A stretch of 2,236 bases of DNA from IMG/VR virus record IMGVR_UViG_2061766007_004331; one strand, 5' to 3'. The translations under genes were made by a program, and so were the position numbers. Position 1 is the first letter of the stretch. Every line of letters starts with the position of its first letter. The notes below the pieces were generated by a model. It saw only the letters and a program-made list of their open reading frames with translations, was not told the origin of the DNA and made no database searches. Origin of the DNA: an uncultured virus (IMG/VR IMGVR_UViG_2061766007_004331). Its lineage: Duplodnaviria; Heunggongvirae; Uroviricota; Caudoviricetes. Shown here in pieces: positions 1-2,236 of the stretch.

Positions 1-171
1 GAACAGATCCCGGATGATCTGCTCCTGCCAGTCCATGAGCAGAAAGGGCTTTCCGGCCCAGGTGCCCTTGGTGTGGCGAAGGTTCTCGATGAACGCTACC
101 GCGAAGTCAGCGGCGTCTTTGTCATAATGGGAAGTCGGGAGCATGAACCGGGTCGGCTTGTACCGTTTCAN
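1..171 (-). CDS. terL: Phage terminase large subunit, N-terminal fragment (start probably in the N gap at 171-195; 3' part runs off the window)
   Basis: I translated the reverse complement of 168..1 by hand: KRYKPTRFMLPTSHYDKDAADFAVAFIENLRHTKGTWAGKPFLLMDWQEQIIRDLF, open to the window edge. The pattern 'YD...AD.AV.FIE.L.HTKG.WAGKPF.L..WQ.QIIRDLF' is the N-terminus I recognise from Terminase_1-type large subunits, including the WQ adenine-binding motif that precedes Walker A. Its position downstream of terS agrees. The Walker motifs are outside the window. Confidence 0.92.
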
Positions 172-195
172 NNNNNNNNNNNNNNNNNNNNNNNN
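171..195. other. Sequence gap (25 N)
   Basis: Run of N covering the probable terL RBS/start. Confidence 0.99.
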
Positions 196-219
196 CCCTT
201 CATGCAGGCAGTCAAAGGC

Positions 220-1470
220 TCACGCTTCATCCTTCCGGTCAACCTTGTCATCCTTGAAAGCCAGGTCATCCTCCGTGGGGATGTAGACCTGAGAACAGGG
301 CAGCTTTTCGCCGTTCCGGATGACGAACACATCGTCAATGCCCTGCCGGGCAGCGGCGTATCTCCGAATGATGGCGGAGGCGTACTTTGGATCCAGCTCC
401 ATGAGGAAGGCGATGCGGTTCAGCTGCTCCGCGGCCATGAGGGTGGAACCGGACCCNNNNNNNNNNNNNNNNNNNNNNNNNNNNNNNNNNNNNNNNNNNN
501 NNNNNNNNNNNNNNNNNNNNNNNNNNNNNNNNNNNNNNNNNNNNNNNNNNNNNNNNNNNNNNNNNNNNNNNNNNNNNNNNNNNNNNNNNNNNNNNNNNNN
601 NNNNNNNNNNNNNNNNNNNNNNNNNNNNNNNCCGATGACCAGGGCGTTCTTGACCCAAATGCAGGTGGTGGAGTAATGGAAGCCAGCGTCTACGGTCGCG
701 TTGAAAAAATTGACCTTTTCGGCATCGGAATGGAAGCAATAAAAAGCCCCGCCGTCGGCGAGGTTCACATACACATTCTTGAAAGCGTCCAGCAGGAACT
801 GATAGAACTTTTTGCTGTCATCCCACTTGTCGTTCATGATCTTCATGCCGGTGCCGCCCTCATACGCGCAGTTGTAAGGCGGGTCCGTAATGCAGATATT
901 GGCCTTTTTGCCTTCCATGAGTACAGACACATCTTCGGGCTTGGTGGAGTCTCCACACATCAGGCGATGCCTGCCCAAGATCCACACATCACCAGGTTCC
1001 ACGAAGGCCGGTGCTTCGAGGGCCTTGTCCTCATCGAAGTTGTCGTCCTGGGCTTCCTCATCATCGAAGAAACTGGCGATCTCATCCTCGTCAAAGCCGG
1101 TCAGGGACAGGTCAAAGGCCTGCTCTTTCAAGGCTTCGATCTCGATGCGCAGCATTTCCTCATCCCAGCCCGCATCCTCGGCCATGCGGTTGTCAGCCAG
1201 GATGTAGGCCTTCTTCTGGGCGTCAGTCAAATGATCTACATACACGCAGGGGACTTCATCGAAGTTCTCAGCCTTGGCGGCAGCCAGACGGCCATGACCG
1301 GCGATCACGTTATAATCCCGGTCAATCAGAATGGGGTTGATAAACCCGAACTCACGGAGGGAGGAGCGTAGCTTCGTGATCTGATCCTCGCTGTGAGTCC
1401 GGGCGTTGTTGACATAGGGGATGAGCTTCCCTATCGGGACCATCTGCATTTCAGATGTAGTTTTTGCCAT
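220..1470 (-). CDS. Phage DNA methyltransferase (N6-adenine/N4-cytosine, beta-class motif order) with N-terminal ParB/Sulfiredoxin-like domain
   Basis: ATG at 1468-1470 with an RBS, TGA at 220-222. The N-terminal ~95 aa are ParB-like (LIPYVNNARTH, FGFINPILID, IAGHGR with GHGR at 1288-1299, ADNR). An acidic linker follows at 1024-1098, then GDVWILGRHRLMCGDST and catalytic motif IV DPPY at 874-885. After the N gap (457-631) come the SAM-binding motif I remainder GSGST and ELDPKY. Motif IV preceding motif I is the beta arrangement. Confidence 0.95.
   Translation of the reverse strand: MAKTTSEMQMVPIGKLIPYVNNARTHSEDQITKLRSSLREFGFINPILIDRDYNVIAGHGRLAAAKAENFDEVPCVYVDHLTDAQKKAYILADNRMAEDAGWDEEMLRIEIEALKEQAFDLSLTGFDEDEIASFFDDEEAQDDNFDEDKALEAPAFVEPGDVWILGRHRLMCGDSTKPEDVSVLMEGKKANICITDPPYNCAYEGGTGMKIMNDKWDDSKKFYQFLLDAFKNVYVNLADGGAFYCFHSDAEKVNFFNATVDAGFHYSTTCIWVKNALVIXXXXXXXXXXXXXXXXXXXXXXXXXXXXXXXXXXXXXXXXXXXXXXXXXXXXXXXXXXXGSGSTLMAAEQLNRIAFLMELDPKYASAIIRRYAAARQGIDDVFVIRNGEKLPCSQVYIPTEDDLAFKDDKVDRKDEA
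457..631. other. Sequence gap (175 N) inside the methyltransferase
   Basis: Run of N between ...KNALVIG and GSGST; the reading frame is preserved across it as given. Confidence 0.99.
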
Positions 1471-1477
1471 GACGTGT

Positions 1478-1485
1478 CCTCCTTA
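1478..1485 (-). promoter_or_regulatory. Shine-Dalgarno site for the methyltransferase, overlapping the terS stop codon
   Basis: The minus strand reads TAAGGAGG-ACACGTC-ATG. TAA (1483-1485) is the terS stop, and the SD ends 7 nt before the ATG. Confidence 0.9.
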
Positions 1486-2052
1486 TCGTTTGCTTCTCAG
1501 CCTGAGCAGCATCTCCATCGCGTCATCCTGGGGATCACCCTCAAAGGCTGTCGTACTGTTCTGCTTGACCACATCGAAGATCTCGTACCAGAGCAGGTTG
1601 GCCTGCTTCTGAAAGGCCAGCATCATCTGTACAAAGGGTGACGTGATCGGCGCTTTGGTGGTCGGGTGCTTGCCCAGGAGACCGTAACTGGAAACCGCTT
1701 CAGAGCACTGAATATAGCGGGCAAAGGCCTCGCTGTAGCTTTCCACCAGGCGGTTGTTGACCAGCCGGTCGCAACCACGCTCCTTGAGCCAGCGCACCGT
1801 TTCACGGTAGATGATGTCAGCGCCAAGGGGCTGACCGTCACGCTGCTTGGCGGACAGGTAAGCACTGGGCTCCGGCATGTCCGCGCCATCCAGGTCAGCG
1901 ACATAACCCATATCATCAGAGATAGGCAGATTGTTTACGGGGAATTCCATGACCCGCGCCGATCTGCCTTTTTGTATTTTATCCACCAAAGGATCTGGCT
2001 TTGTGCCGGACCGGACNNNNNNNNNNNNNNNNNNNNNNNNNNNNNNNNNNNN
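1483..2052 (-). CDS. terS: P27-family phage terminase small subunit (5' coordinate is an estimate; readable part is 1483-2016)
   Basis: The readable protein VRSGTKPDPLVDKI...MPEPSAYLSAKQRDG...IYRETVRWLKERGCDRLV...YSEAFARYIQCSEAVSSYGLLGKHPTT...SPFV...LWYEIFDVVKQN...PQDDAMEMLL matches my recollection of P27-family TerS from Bacillota prophages. As I recall, those proteins begin with a short MAKDGT.RGG.R-like segment just before the 'V..G.KP' residues, which would put the start about 12 codons into the gap. Gene order (upstream of terL) supports the call. Confidence 0.88.
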   Translation of the reverse strand, partial: XXXXXXXXXXXXVRSGTKPDPLVDKIQKGRSARVMEFPVNNLPISDDMGYVADLDGADMPEPSAYLSAKQRDGQPLGADIIYRETVRWLKERGCDRLVNNRLVESYSEAFARYIQCSEAVSSYGLLGKHPTTKAPITSPFVQMMLAFQKQANLLWYEIFDVVKQNSTTAFEGDPQDDAMEMLLRLRSKR

Positions 2053-2114
2053 NNNNNNNNNNNNNNNNNNNNNNNNNNNNNNNNNNNNNNNNNNNNNNNN
2101 NNNNNNNNNNNNNN
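2017..2114. other. Sequence gap (98 N)
   Basis: Run of N covering the probable terS RBS/start. Confidence 0.99.
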
Positions 2115-2236
2115 CCGAAGGCCCGGGGGTTAATACCCCGTTTGATTCGGGCTTTTTTTGCGTGAGAGTGGGCCGCGGTCTTTTAGGATTCGGCCCCAAA
2201 GATGGAAGCCCCCCTGGGGGTCGGGGCGCGGCTGCG
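2115..2236. promoter_or_regulatory. Non-coding region upstream of terS; candidate cos/packaging-initiation and late-control region
   Basis: It lies immediately upstream of terS and contains a CCCCC-T-GGGGG dyad (2210-2220), a GATTCGG direct repeat (2144-2150, 2187-2193), a GGGGT-TAAT-ACCCC dyad (2126-2139) and a T7 tract (2153-2159). In cos phages with P27-type TerS, the cos site is typically just upstream of terS. Function is inferred from position only. Confidence 0.55.
2121..2159 (+). terminator. Possible intrinsic terminator-like hairpin on the antisense (+) strand
   Basis: GCCCG (2121-2125) pairs with CGGGC (2148-2152) and encloses GGGGT-TAAT-ACCCC plus an 8-nt bulge. TTTTTTT follows directly at 2153-2159. 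The large bulge is atypical for a terminator. Confidence 0.3.

Larger units (their letters stand above)
1..2236 (-). mobile_element. Phage/prophage DNA-packaging module (partial)
   Basis: Co-oriented terS, ParB-methyltransferase and terL with tight spacing. No att sites or host genes are visible, so prophage versus free phage cannot be determined. Confidence 0.9.

Noticed and set aside
196..203. ATG AAG GG at 203-196 as the terL start
   Set aside because: Out of frame with terL if the gap is 25 nt, and it lacks an upstream RBS. AAGGG is more likely part of the terL RBS. It cannot be fully excluded until the gap is closed.
320..1340. Short ORFs 320-676(+), 335-739(-), 890-1207(+) and 1011-1340(+)
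   Set aside because: All overlap the well-supported MTase, have Ser- or Arg/Pro-rich off-frame composition, and two are largely N.
73..1371. 432-aa + strand ORF
   Set aside because: It is exactly codon-in-register antisense to the MTase and terL. Stops in this frame need TTA/CTA/TCA codons on the sense strand, which are rare in GC-rich genes. It also runs through two N gaps and has no recognisable motifs, so it is a shadow ORF.
220..1470. Methyltransferase as part of a restriction-modification or defence system
   Set aside because: No restriction endonuclease, specificity subunit or other defence gene is adjacent; both neighbours are terminase subunits.
1393..2133. ORFs 1393-1641(+), 1421-1612(+), 1623-1916(-) and 1666-2133(+)
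   Set aside because: Antisense or alternative-frame shadows of terS and the MTase start, with no motifs or supporting signals.
2130..2135. TATTAA (minus strand) as a sigma70 -10 box for terS
   Set aside because: No -35-like hexamer at the right spacing and it sits within a dyad. An activator-dependent late promoter is possible but unsupported.
2115..2199. N-terminal extension of terS (MGPNPKRPRP...) given by the ORF track
   Set aside because: It uses a TTG start with no convincing RBS, is joined to terS only through 98 N, and crosses a dyad-rich region that looks non-coding. TerS similarity suggests a start inside the gap.
1..2236. CRISPR array, tRNA, IS ends or long repeats
   Set aside because: No regularly spaced repeats, cloverleaf or terminal inverted repeats are visible in the readable sequence; the N gaps cannot be assessed.

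Overview
This window is a fragment of the DNA-packaging module of a temperate phage or prophage, with all real genes on the minus strand. The proteins resemble those of Bacillota/Clostridia-type prophages; that host assignment is inference. In transcription order (right to left) it contains: (1) a non-coding, dyad-rich region at 2115-2236 that sits where cos/late-control sequences normally lie; (2) a P27-family terminase small subunit, stop at 1483, true start probably hidden in the N gap at 2017-2114; (3) a ParB/Srx-domain + beta-class amino-DNA methyltransferase fusion at 220-1470, with a strong RBS overlapping the terS stop; (4) the N-terminus of a terminase large subunit at 1-171, which runs off the window and is missing from the ORF track. 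Three N gaps (171-195, 457-631, 2017-2114; 298 nt in total) hide both terminase start codons and the methyltransferase target-recognition region. The + strand ORFs are antisense shadows. I see no clearly new system. The most notable points are the compact terS-[ParB-MTase]-terL arrangement and the structured candidate cos region.
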